A stretch of 64,000 bases of DNA, from IMG/VR virus record IMGVR_UViG_3300044609_000721. One strand, given 5' to 3'. Positions 54,804 to 64,000 of the stretch are shown here, piece after piece; position 1 is the first letter of the stretch, and every line of letters starts with the position of its first letter. Source of the DNA: a virus. The notes beneath the pieces are model-generated. The model saw only the letters and a program-made list of their open reading frames with translations. It had not been told where the DNA came from and made no database searches. The position numbers and the translations under genes are program-made.

Positions 54804-56336
54804 TTAGAATTCGATTACAATTTTGATATCTTCGATCTGGTCGTTTGCACGGGAGATCGCTCTTCTATTATCTATATAGATGACTTGTCCAGAGTTCTTT
54901 TCAATCTCCGAAAAAGCATAACCAGATGTAAATCTCATACCCAAGTCATATTCTGTGTTATTGATAGTTCTTGTGGATGTACCAGGAACTGATGGGAAGT
55001 TTACATCGGGTTCTCCTGATGATCCAGAAGAACTACCAGTAATAACATTACTGCCACTAAAGTCATTCAGTGAACCTGTAATTTCTGGGTAAATACCATC
55101 AACTTTATTCTGATAGTACTTCAATACTTTAGTTGTGGAATTCCATGAAATCACTCTTCCTCTAGAAGTAACTTGTTGACCACCAACAATTTTTGTTTGG
55201 GTGATAATTTCATCAACAAAGAAATTACCTTGGAATGATGGTGGGAAAATTGCAGCCTTCGTAGCACTCAATGTTAAATCTGAGGCAAGTTCAAAAGTAT
55301 TAAACTTATTGGGATTGATTAGCAATCCAATTCTACGATAATCATTATCTGTCGGGAAGTCTCCTGCACCTTCAGAATATTGTAGTTTGGCATTTACCAT
55401 AACACGATATCCACCCAACTCAAACGCAGGATTATATCCATGACCGCCCTGAGGGGGAATGATAACGTCAATTAAACCACCAGATCCAGTACCAATACCA
55501 TTAATTTGGTCTACTATAATTTTACCAAAAGTATATCCAATACCACCAGAAGTAACAGTAGCATTAACAATTTTACCACCATCAACGATGATGGAAACTC
55601 TTCCTCCAGTACCATCACCATTAATGGGAACGTTATCATAAGTACCATTATTATATCCAGTTCCAGATGAGTTGATTACTACAGTGTCAATTTCTCCAGA
55701 AGATGCGTTTGATCTGATTGCAGCATCAACTAGTACTGGGATATAATCTGACGAGAAAAATTTGAGAACCTGTGCAACAGGAATTGTGTACATGTATTTC
55801 CAACGATAACCATCAGATGTGGTGATAATTGACGTTGAAGTTCCAGTTGGTTCTACTGTTGATGGTTTTCCATTTGGATCTGATGGTGAAGTACCATTGT
55901 AGATACACTTATATACTTGATATGTTGAGTTAACTACATAGAAATCTGCATCATATAGTCGGGTAGATCCAGATGCAGCAGTTTTGGTTGGGGAATAGTC
56001 ATGACGATACATGTCATAGATATAACCTAGTCCACCAGTTGTCTTTTCTGGTGGAATCCAATCAATTCTACGAACAACTTGGATCGTATCATTTGCAAGA
56101 ACTCTTTTCAAAGAGATCATGTCATCATACAAATCGCTATACTCCGAAAAACTATCAATAGCTTGTGGAGGATTGTTTTCATCTTCCCAAGTTTGTGGTC
56201 TTCCAATAAAAACGTAAAGACGATCTCTATCAGCACCTGCAGATAAATCAGTCGCTTGAGGATCTGGACCTTCTAGCGATTTGATGAATTTTGTTGCTGC
56301 GTATATTCTAAATTGATCCGTAAGGAGTGCAGACAT
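54804..56336 (-). CDS. gp8: Baseplate wedge subunit
   Basis: YVVNSTYQVYKCIYN...DGYRWKYMYTI...YIDNRRAISR...EDIKIVIEF. CTAAATA at 56373-56379. Confidence 0.92.
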   Translation of the reverse strand: MSALLTDQFRIYAATKFIKSLEGPDPQATDLSAGADRDRLYVFIGRPQTWEDENNPPQAIDSFSEYSDLYDDMISLKRVLANDTIQVVRRIDWIPPEKTTGGLGYIYDMYRHDYSPTKTAASGSTRLYDADFYVVNSTYQVYKCIYNGTSPSDPNGKPSTVEPTGTSTSIITTSDGYRWKYMYTIPVAQVLKFFSSDYIPVLVDAAIRSNASSGEIDTVVINSSGTGYNNGTYDNVPINGDGTGGRVSIIVDGGKIVNATVTSGGIGYTFGKIIVDQINGIGTGSGGLIDVIIPPQGGHGYNPAFELGGYRVMVNAKLQYSEGAGDFPTDNDYRRIGLLINPNKFNTFELASDLTLSATKAAIFPPSFQGNFFVDEIITQTKIVGGQQVTSRGRVISWNSTTKVLKYYQNKVDGIYPEITGSLNDFSGSNVITGSSSGSSGEPDVNFPSVPGTSTRTINNTEYDLGMRFTSGYAFSEIEKNSGQVIYIDNRRAISRANDQIEDIKIVIEF

Positions 56337-56382
56337 TTATTTTCCCTATAACTGTAATTAATCTACCTGTTATATTTAGTTG

Positions 56383-58491
56383 TTAAAAATTATCGTTTCT
56401 AACTTGTACGTCATAATTTAAAGTTTTTATCTTCCACAACGCACCATTTTGGCCCTGTAACTTTTCTCCACCCAAGATTGCTTCAGCGATAGCATCTTGT
56501 CCACCTCCATTGGTAATAGTAACAGTTGGTTTGGTTGAGTATCCATATCCACCATTAGTTACAGCAATTGATGTAACTTGGTCTGCAGTAATAGTTGCAG
56601 TAGCGGTTGCTTGGAATGTTCCAGTATCGGATATAGTCACAGTTGGTGCTGAAGTATAATTATATCCAACTGAATTGATTCTAACTTCAATAACAGTGGA
56701 ATTTTGTGAGAATTCGTAAATTATTCCATCTTCAATTGAACCAGTATCATATGGTACGACATCTTCGAGTACTAGAATTTTATTGATTGGATCCCAAGAC
56801 TTGACAGTTGCCTGAACCTGAGAATTTGTACCAGTGACTACCTCACCAACAGTATAATCTATATTATTATAATAATTTGGATTTGAAGTATCCATCTGTA
56901 AAGTGAGAGTAGCAAAATGATCAACTCCTTCATCCAACGCTCCAGCATCCTGAATTTGCGCGATCTTAAATGGTAGACTAGAATCTTTAATTTTGTCTCC
57001 CACTACAAATAGAGTCGTATTTTGTCCACCCTGAGTCTCTTCAATACCATATAATGTGGATGGGATACCTCCATCGAGATTGATTTGATTTGCAAATCCA
57101 GTATTAGTATTAAACAAATCGGGAAGACCATTACCCAATCCATCAAATTCTTCAGTGTCCTGGAAAGAGAAACCTGTTAGTGTAGATAATGGAGTTGTTA
57201 ATTTATACACAACACCAAACTCATCGTCAACTAGTACGTGCGGTAAATCTCCAGAATCTGTAGTATCAGAAACACCAGCATCAAAAACAACGTTAGTTTT
57301 TTCGCCAGGAGCACCAGCATCAATGAATGCTAGTTCATCAACTTTAAATACGACAAACAGTTCTTTAGTTGTTGGGTTCCAATCATATACAATTGCAATC
57401 TTATTATCAGCAGATTCTGTCAATCTTACAATTCTGTCTCCAATATTAAATTGATATGAAGTTACTCCGCTTTCATTATCCTGTAAATCATCAAGTACTA
57501 TTCTTTGATCATATCTGAAGTTTAGTCCTCTAGTGCAACCAGTTAGTCTATTGCTATCCTTACCAGTGTATCTAATCAATTCTTTTTCTAGAAGAATTAC
57601 TCCACTTCCTGGGAATGGTTGGGTTGTACTTAGGTAGATATTGCTATCTGCCCTTCCAATATTCTTTGTGATACCACTAATATTGTATATCTCTGGATTG
57701 TATGACTGTCTATTTCTGGACTTTCTCTTTACCTTTACATTCCTAGCAAATACAACCTTTGGTGGACTGATGTAATTGCTTCCAGGATCTATCAATTCTA
57801 TATTTACAATTTCACCTTGGTCTACAACAGCCTTTGCTTTTGCACCACGGCCTCCACCTCCAACAAGAAGTACGTATGGTTCTTTGAGGTAAAATTGACC
57901 AGGATTGCTAACTTCTATATTTGGAGAAACCACACCCCTATTATCAATATCAGCAACACCAGTAGCACCCCTACCATTACCTCCACTAATACTAATGAAT
58001 GGTGCAGTTTCATAATTTCTTCCTGGGCTCAGTAGCACCAATCCAGTCACAGATTTTGATACTGCTCTAGCTTCAGCACCAGATCCTTCTCCTCCAAGTA
58101 TTTCCACATCGACATCATAAAAATGACTATCTCCAGGTTGAGTTACTTTAATGTACTCTAATGATCCGTCATCTTTTAATATTGGTTGTGCTTTTGCTGG
58201 AACTGGTACTTCTGTTGCCCCTTCTGGTACTCTGGGTATTAAATTAACTCTGAGTGGATCATAACCCTCACCAGAGTCTAGTACTATCACTCCAGTTATT
58301 CTTCCATTGTGTATCACTGGTTTTAATACAGCATCCCTAATTGGGTTACCACAATTACCAATTCTTAATTTTGGTGGATTAATTTCACTATATCCAGAAC
58401 CACCTTTTTCAACCACGACAGAATCTACTCCCAATGTTTCTTCATTGAAAATTGGTCTAATGACTGCGCCAGATCCAGGTACTAATGCCAT
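56383..58491 (-). CDS. Baseplate-region structural protein with Gly-rich repeats
   Basis: Repeated (G/S)G.GY / GGG.GA.A motifs; IRYTGKDSNRLTGCTRG. Confidence 0.75.
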   Translation of the reverse strand: MALVPGSGAVIRPIFNEETLGVDSVVVEKGGSGYSEINPPKLRIGNCGNPIRDAVLKPVIHNGRITGVIVLDSGEGYDPLRVNLIPRVPEGATEVPVPAKAQPILKDDGSLEYIKVTQPGDSHFYDVDVEILGGEGSGAEARAVSKSVTGLVLLSPGRNYETAPFISISGGNGRGATGVADIDNRGVVSPNIEVSNPGQFYLKEPYVLLVGGGGRGAKAKAVVDQGEIVNIELIDPGSNYISPPKVVFARNVKVKRKSRNRQSYNPEIYNISGITKNIGRADSNIYLSTTQPFPGSGVILLEKELIRYTGKDSNRLTGCTRGLNFRYDQRIVLDDLQDNESGVTSYQFNIGDRIVRLTESADNKIAIVYDWNPTTKELFVVFKVDELAFIDAGAPGEKTNVVFDAGVSDTTDSGDLPHVLVDDEFGVVYKLTTPLSTLTGFSFQDTEEFDGLGNGLPDLFNTNTGFANQINLDGGIPSTLYGIEETQGGQNTTLFVVGDKIKDSSLPFKIAQIQDAGALDEGVDHFATLTLQMDTSNPNYYNNIDYTVGEVVTGTNSQVQATVKSWDPINKILVLEDVVPYDTGSIEDGIIYEFSQNSTVIEVRINSVGYNYTSAPTVTISDTGTFQATATATITADQVTSIAVTNGGYGYSTKPTVTITNGGGQDAIAEAILGGEKLQGQNGALWKIKTLNYDVQVRNDNF

Positions 58492-58495
58492 AGTT

Positions 58496-60178
58496 CTATC
58501 TTCTATTTCTTACTCTTGGAAAAACTTGACCAGTTGTAGGTCTTTTCTTGAATGTTGCTTTTGGTGAAGTCAATCCATTAAAAGGTCTTTCAATTTGGTA
58601 ATAAGCAAATCTATTATTTGAATCCTCACTCAATGCTGTATATGGTGATTGTGTAGGTATCTTTGCACCAGAGTCAATCCAATCCTGCTGCCCAACTTGC
58701 AATCTGATTTGATTTTGCTTGGAATACTTAACTATGTAGTCTCTAACATCTTGTTGTGTTATTGATGGATTTTGTTCTGCTAAACATGCGATCATTCCAC
58801 ATACTTGAGGAGTTGCCATACTGGTACCAGATATTGATCCCAATTTATATGATGAACTCCTAGGATCATTCAGTAGTGTAATACCAAACTCAGAACTAGC
58901 GGAAGCGTTATACACTGATGATATTATATTTGCTCCAGGGGCCCAAACATCAACTCTACTTCCCCAATTACTAAAATCTGATTTAGTTTCTACGTGAGAT
59001 GAGTCAATACTTCCTACACAAATTACCCCAGGACATGCTCCTGGACTGGAACCTCTAGAGTGATATATTTGCTGAGAAGTAGTCAATTCGATATAGTTGT
59101 TGTAGTCCTGGGAAGTTTCAGCAGCACAATTCCAATATGAATTTCCAGCAGATGAAATCACTATAATACCATCATTAATAGCATCTTGAATATCCGCATC
59201 TAAGGACGTATATCTTGCTGGAATTCTATACAGAGTATTTCCCAAAGGAACTGGAACTCCATTTGCTTCTAAAGTATTCTTTTTCTGTGTTGGGTCAAGG
59301 ACTGACAAATTGTTAAGTATGGATCTATAACTAACCGATGATACTGTATTCAAATCTATATTTGCATAACTATAACCCCAACTGTGATTAGTTATAGTTG
59401 GATTTCTTCTGCCAGTAGCAGGATTTACTGGTTTGTTATTATGAAATGCTCTCAGATAATCAAATAAAATCAACGCCCAATCAGCAACTGGAGAACTTGG
59501 ATAGTTAAATTCTATAGTGTAAATATTTGCATCTCTTGCCCATCCTTGAGTATTACCACACGCAGTTCCAGCAACGTGTGTTCCATGATTACTTGATAGA
59601 GTGGAATAATCATACGTATTTGGAGTATTTACTCCAACGATATTACTATACTGAAACCAGTCAATAGTATTAACTCTTCCACCACCAGATCCATCTGGAT
59701 TTACTGCAAATTCTGGGTGGTTTGGATTTACATGAGCGTCAACAATAACTACATCAACATCCTTTCCTGAACTTGTAGTTTTTATTGTTGCATTTGCTTG
59801 TTTTGTGAAAGCACCTCCGCTTGTACCCCATCCAGATGTTTGTACCCCATTGATGCACCTAAGTAATCCCCAGTTCTTATCATTAATTCCAAATGTTGAT
59901 GACTTTTGGAAATCTCCAGTTTGAGTCCAATATGATATTGGTTCAATACCTAATTCTGATGGTAACAGTTCTACTGCTAAAACTCTAGGATCTTTTCTTA
60001 GTAAATCTGCCTCTTCCTCAGTCAGCATGTAGTGAGTATTTCTACTGATATTTCTCCTCAGCGGAGATTCGACTGCTCTACCTGGAATATATAAATTTCC
60101 TCCAGGAGTTTCCATATCATCATAAAATTCTTCTAAATCCTCAAACCTTTTAAGTGTTACTATGTACTCTTTTTCCAT
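58496..60178 (-). CDS. Subtilisin-like serine protease (S8) with N-terminal propeptide
   Basis: Catalytic D (VVIVDAH), H (HGTHVAGT), oxyanion N (SAGNS) and S (GTSMATP). N-terminal EYIVTL...V..VE resembles an I9 prodomain. Confidence 0.9.
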   Translation of the reverse strand: MEKEYIVTLKRFEDLEEFYDDMETPGGNLYIPGRAVESPLRRNISRNTHYMLTEEEADLLRKDPRVLAVELLPSELGIEPISYWTQTGDFQKSSTFGINDKNWGLLRCINGVQTSGWGTSGGAFTKQANATIKTTSSGKDVDVVIVDAHVNPNHPEFAVNPDGSGGGRVNTIDWFQYSNIVGVNTPNTYDYSTLSSNHGTHVAGTACGNTQGWARDANIYTIEFNYPSSPVADWALILFDYLRAFHNNKPVNPATGRRNPTITNHSWGYSYANIDLNTVSSVSYRSILNNLSVLDPTQKKNTLEANGVPVPLGNTLYRIPARYTSLDADIQDAINDGIIVISSAGNSYWNCAAETSQDYNNYIELTTSQQIYHSRGSSPGACPGVICVGSIDSSHVETKSDFSNWGSRVDVWAPGANIISSVYNASASSEFGITLLNDPRSSSYKLGSISGTSMATPQVCGMIACLAEQNPSITQQDVRDYIVKYSKQNQIRLQVGQQDWIDSGAKIPTQSPYTALSEDSNNRFAYYQIERPFNGLTSPKATFKKRPTTGQVFPRVRNRR

Positions 60179-60179
60179 A

Positions 60180-61505
60180 TCACAACTCTAATTGAATAAT
60201 GGATAGTGTTACTGTAATTGCAGCAGTAGAACCAGATTTATTTACTACCTTCGCATATATGTTTTGAGTTGGAGTACTATCATTATTGAATCCAATTGTC
60301 GATGGAGTGAACAATATAGTTTGACTTCCAGTAGTAATTGCTTCTGCAACTACTCCAGATCCTGGTTGTGGATCGGTGGTTTCCTCCCTGGCCGTATCAT
60401 TGGAACGAGAGTTCGTGTCAACATATAATGTTACCCAAGCAGCTGCAGAAGTTTGTAATTTCAATAGTGCATAAGATCTAAATCCAGTAATGGTTAGATT
60501 TGCAGATGCCCCATTTGCTAGTGATGTAGTAGTCGCACTTACATCGGTTCTTGCTGGTAAAAATGATGATGGTTTATCCTCAAGGTCGTCATATGAACCA
60601 GTTATAGCTACAGTAGATAAATTTGGTTTATTGGTCAAATCCAAATAATCTAGTTGAATTCTGCTTCCAGATCCTAGATTGTCCCAATATGAAGCACTTG
60701 TTGGGAGAATGGCATCATTATTTGCCTTTGCTTTGTATACGTTACCGTTGTAGTAAACGATATCTCCAACTAAATATGGATTACCATTTGAGGTTGAGTG
60801 ACTTTGTGTGAATGGTGCTGCAGATAATGGAGGAACAGTGGGTTTGTTTGTTAGGTCATTGTATGAACCAGATAAGGCAACTGTTGATAGTGCAGGCGCA
60901 TCATTTAGATCATCATAACTACCGCTTAATGCTACATCAGATAAGACTGGGGCACCTGTCAGTGATGAATAGGATAAAAATCCATTAGAAAATCCAACCC
61001 CATCAAATTTCACAACATGTCCACTTTGTGGAGATGTAATTGTAACATCAGTCAAATCAGTTAATGCTTCTACTGAAGATTCTTCTACGGATTGATTAAT
61101 CCAACCATTTCCATTCCATCTAATTGTTTGACCTACTGATGGAGCTGTAATATCAACATCTGTTAAAGTGCTGAGAGTAGTTGTAATACCTGGTTTATTT
61201 TTGATGTAATCCAGTGCATTAATATCAGATTGATTCCAGTCTGTTTGAACTGGTGGTTGTGGAATAGTTGGTCTGTTTGAAATATCTGTATAATTTAATG
61301 TTGCGGGAATGAAATTGGTACCATCGGATCTCAACACTTGCCCTTGAGTGAAGTTCCCACTGATATTGATTTGTAAATTTGTACCATTACCGAGATCATT
61401 ATAAATTTCGTTAATGGTAGAATTTACTTTTTGAGCACCAGTGCGAAGAGTATCCCCAGTACCATCATTCGATTGTGATCCCACATTGATGGTTTGTTTT
61501 GCCAT
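60180..61505 (-). CDS. Short fibre / baseplate appendage protein
   Basis: MAKQTINVG...NDGTGDTLR.GAQKVN (T4 gp9/gp10-type N-terminus); three A(L/I)(S/T)GSY.DL repeats; CBM-like YLVGDIVYYNGNVYKA. ATAAATA at 61534-61540. Confidence 0.8.
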   Translation of the reverse strand: MAKQTINVGSQSNDGTGDTLRTGAQKVNSTINEIYNDLGNGTNLQINISGNFTQGQVLRSDGTNFIPATLNYTDISNRPTIPQPPVQTDWNQSDINALDYIKNKPGITTTLSTLTDVDITAPSVGQTIRWNGNGWINQSVEESSVEALTDLTDVTITSPQSGHVVKFDGVGFSNGFLSYSSLTGAPVLSDVALSGSYDDLNDAPALSTVALSGSYNDLTNKPTVPPLSAAPFTQSHSTSNGNPYLVGDIVYYNGNVYKAKANNDAILPTSASYWDNLGSGSRIQLDYLDLTNKPNLSTVAITGSYDDLEDKPSSFLPARTDVSATTTSLANGASANLTITGFRSYALLKLQTSAAAWVTLYVDTNSRSNDTAREETTDPQPGSGVVAEAITTGSQTILFTPSTIGFNNDSTPTQNIYAKVVNKSGSTAAITVTLSIIQLEL

Positions 61506-61536
61506 TTGTCTGTAACAGCTCCTTTCTATGTTTTAT

Positions 61537-64000
61537 TTATGATTGATCAAAGGTCACCGCAGTACCATCAAATGATACAGATGTTGAATCGAATAGGAAA
61601 CTCTCTTCATTTTCATCTACTTCATTTATAATTTCAATAGTGGGATATGCATAATTTGATCCACTATTCACTAGATCGACTCTGGATACACCAACTAATG
61701 CTTTGATTTGAGCATCAAATCCAGTAGCAGAGTCAATACTTACCGAAGGTCTTGATGTATATCCGTCCCCACTTGATGTAACCGAAAGAGTTTTAATTCT
61801 TCCCTTAATAATGTCTACTAATGCCGATGCATTTCTTCCAAATACAGATCCAGTATAATCGAACGTGACCAGAGAGTTTGATGACTCAATAATAGCAACT
61901 GTTCTATCTTTATCTTCACCTTCAATTTCCAGTTCATCTCCAGTTTCGATTGGAGGAACAACGTCAGCAGCGATAACGTCAGCATCAGAACCAATGTAAG
62001 AGAATGCAACAAAACTGGATCCAGATCTAGGAATTTCTGCAAAAATAATTCTAGAACCAACTAGTTCAAATGCAACTCCAGGTTCCTGGATAACACCATT
62101 CAGTGAAACAATCAAGTTATTTTCTGGTTTAATATTTGAGGACTCGGAACCAGCAGTAACAGTTAGTGAGTAGAATACTTCATCTAACTTGAGGTTGAAA
62201 CTATTTCTGAGTGAGTCAAATTCAAAACTAATATCGTCAAGTTTCCTCAATTTACCAATGTATGAAGAGTGGAATGTTGCCCCAAGTTCTGGGGGTTCTG
62301 AAAACTCAATGATGTCACTGAATGTGGTATATGATTGGCCTGGTGGTTGTAGAATACCATTTACGAATACTAATAAATGACCATCTGGATTTGGATAATA
62401 TGCAGTTCCATTATTGATAGTTACCTTGAATGTACTTTGTACGCCATCAAATCCTCTGAAACTCCTATCAATTCTACCAACAACTTCTCCAACTGAACTA
62501 ATTATAGATCTATATCCAGACTTGGAAATAGTCTGTGCATATTGATTGAATGTTCCCTTAACTCCACTTAGATATAGTCTGTACGCAGTACCAATAGGAA
62601 TAATTCTCTCAACAAATCCATAAGCTTCTGATGAGATTATTTCTGCGTTGGCGATTTGCGCTACACCAACTGGGAAATTGTTATTTGGTTCATAGTATAG
62701 GATGGTGTCTCCGATAGCAAATAGATCTTCAGTTAAATTTCCAACATATAATTCAACTGTACTACCCTCATTGATATAATCAATGATTCGTGCAGTCTGA
62801 GTCAAAATTGCTTCATTATTGACAACTCCACCAATCTCAAATACTGTAGTTTCTTCATCAGGTAAAGTTAGAGTCAATTTATAGATATTTGTCGTTTGAA
62901 TTATATCAGCAAGACCAATTTGAGTACCCTCATAATACTCAACATCAATATAGATATCACTAGTGCTTGAGTAAATTACAGAAGAAACATCAAAATTGCC
63001 TTCATAAAACTCAGTATCTAAAGTTAACTTGGATCCAGAATTGTCAAGTACTGGAGCAGATACACTATAGAAGTTACTAATGGTTGAAATTGCACTAGTT
63101 TTAAATCCTTTTACTTTTTGACCATTTGTGAATGAACCAGTTAGATCTGATACCTGTACTTTACTTGAGACTGATACCACAGTTGCCACATATCCATCAT
63201 CATTTATTAGTATATTTCCGATTGAAAATTGACCAGAATTCATAACAATATCTACATAATTAAAGTTTTCACTGTAACTATATGAATATACAGTTCCATT
63301 AATTGATGCAAATCCTTGTCTGGTGATTGTTTCGCCAACTTTAAAGATCTCAATTGGATTGCTGAAGTTTACTCTAATTCTAGTGAGTAATTTCTTTATT
63401 GTTGCACGGTTAGTAGTGATAGACTTAATCTCACCATTAATTTGAGATGTCAATCCATAGATATAGTCACCAGAATTTAATCCTCCTAGAATACCAGTAT
63501 CATCTATTCTGGATGGGTATATTGAATTTGGTACTGTGATTCCATTTTCTGCAATAATTTCATTGTCTTCAATATATGATGAATTGTTTAGTGTATTGAG
63601 TAAGATTGACATCTTGCTATCAATAAACGCATTAATCTCAGATATTTCAGATGCAGTTAAAGCAATACTAGTATCTGTATATGAATAGAATCCAGTATTA
63701 GGTGCTGGTGATACTAAACTCTCTGCTATGGCCTGCTTCATGTAATCCCTAACTTTAGTGTAGGCAAAGAGACTTTGTACTAACTCACCTTGTAGGGAAA
63801 TGATAGTACCAGTTGCAGCATCAATATATGACTGAGTTGCGAATAGGATTGCACTATTTCCATTTGTCAATAGATCATATACAATCGCATCCATGATATA
63901 CCCCATATCACGTAAGCACTTATCATTTCCACCAGGGACAGAGAATGTTGGGTAATTCTGTAGTGTCACTAGCATTGTCTCTGCCTTGATATAGTTCTTA
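61537..64000 (-). CDS. C-terminal part of a giant baseplate wedge protein (gp7-like); partial
   Basis: Frame stays open to the window end (KNYIKAETM...). KCLRDMGYIMDAIVYDL repeat motif; LDDISFEFD...F.L and LIVSLNGVIQEPG motifs. Confidence 0.75.
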   Translation of the reverse strand, partial: KNYIKAETMLVTLQNYPTFSVPGGNDKCLRDMGYIMDAIVYDLLTNGNSAILFATQSYIDAATGTIISLQGELVQSLFAYTKVRDYMKQAIAESLVSPAPNTGFYSYTDTSIALTASEISEINAFIDSKMSILLNTLNNSSYIEDNEIIAENGITVPNSIYPSRIDDTGILGGLNSGDYIYGLTSQINGEIKSITTNRATIKKLLTRIRVNFSNPIEIFKVGETITRQGFASINGTVYSYSYSENFNYVDIVMNSGQFSIGNILINDDGYVATVVSVSSKVQVSDLTGSFTNGQKVKGFKTSAISTISNFYSVSAPVLDNSGSKLTLDTEFYEGNFDVSSVIYSSTSDIYIDVEYYEGTQIGLADIIQTTNIYKLTLTLPDEETTVFEIGGVVNNEAILTQTARIIDYINEGSTVELYVGNLTEDLFAIGDTILYYEPNNNFPVGVAQIANAEIISSEAYGFVERIIPIGTAYRLYLSGVKGTFNQYAQTISKSGYRSIISSVGEVVGRIDRSFRGFDGVQSTFKVTINNGTAYYPNPDGHLLVFVNGILQPPGQSYTTFSDIIEFSEPPELGATFHSSYIGKLRKLDDISFEFDSLRNSFNLKLDEVFYSLTVTAGSESSNIKPENNLIVSLNGVIQEPGVAFELVGSRIIFAEIPRSGSSFVAFSYIGSDADVIAADVVPPIETGDELEIEGEDKDRTVAIIESSNSLVTFDYTGSVFGRNASALVDIIKGRIKTLSVTSSGDGYTSRPSVSIDSATGFDAQIKALVGVSRVDLVNSGSNYAYPTIEIINEVDENEESFLFDSTSVSFDGTAVTFDQS

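Noticed and set aside
1-64000. Stop-codon reassignment or CRISPR array
   Set aside because: Core genes are full length in the standard code, and no regularly spaced repeat-spacer array was seen

Overview
A 64-kb segment of a T4-like myovirus genome (cyanomyovirus type). The host is most likely a picocyanobacterium, inferred from a cyanobacterial-type SLH/porin gene and from cyanophage-typical hsp20, mazG, cobS-like and 2OG-Fe(II) genes. Almost everything is on the minus strand. In transcription order (right to left) it contains: baseplate/fibre genes (partial giant wedge protein, fibre, S8 protease, gp8, VrlC-like protein, 1584-aa fibre); neck, terminase, tail and head genes (gp13-gp23, gp3); uvsY/uvsW; gp55, gp47, gp46; a structured RNA plus tRNA-Ala; a VWA/metallopeptidase and MoxR/CobS-like pair; an SLH-barrel outer-membrane protein; the replisome (gp45, gp44, gp62, regA, gp43, uvsX, gp41); mazG; a nuclease-like ORF; a nucleotidyltransferase; and a partial modular head protein. 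I found no introns, inteins, CRISPR array, integrase or recoding. Several sigma70 promoters (TTGACN-N17-TATA(A/C/G)T) and T4-type late promoters ((T)ATAAATA/CTAAATA) can be read directly. The most notable observations are: (1) a miniature SLH plus ~8-strand barrel protein with its own promoter and terminator; (2) an 18-bp hairpin with a late promoter in its loop and the RBS of a PD-(D/E)xK-like ORF in its stem; (3) a nucleotidyltransferase carrying a T4-like capsid-targeting leader next to a protease-cleavable modular head polyprotein; (4) a DruA/DUF4338-like gene splitting gp44 from gp62; (5) an intact subtilase in the baseplate cluster; (6) a perfect-consensus antisense promoter back-to-back with the gp55 promoter. 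All family assignments are from motif recognition, not database searches.
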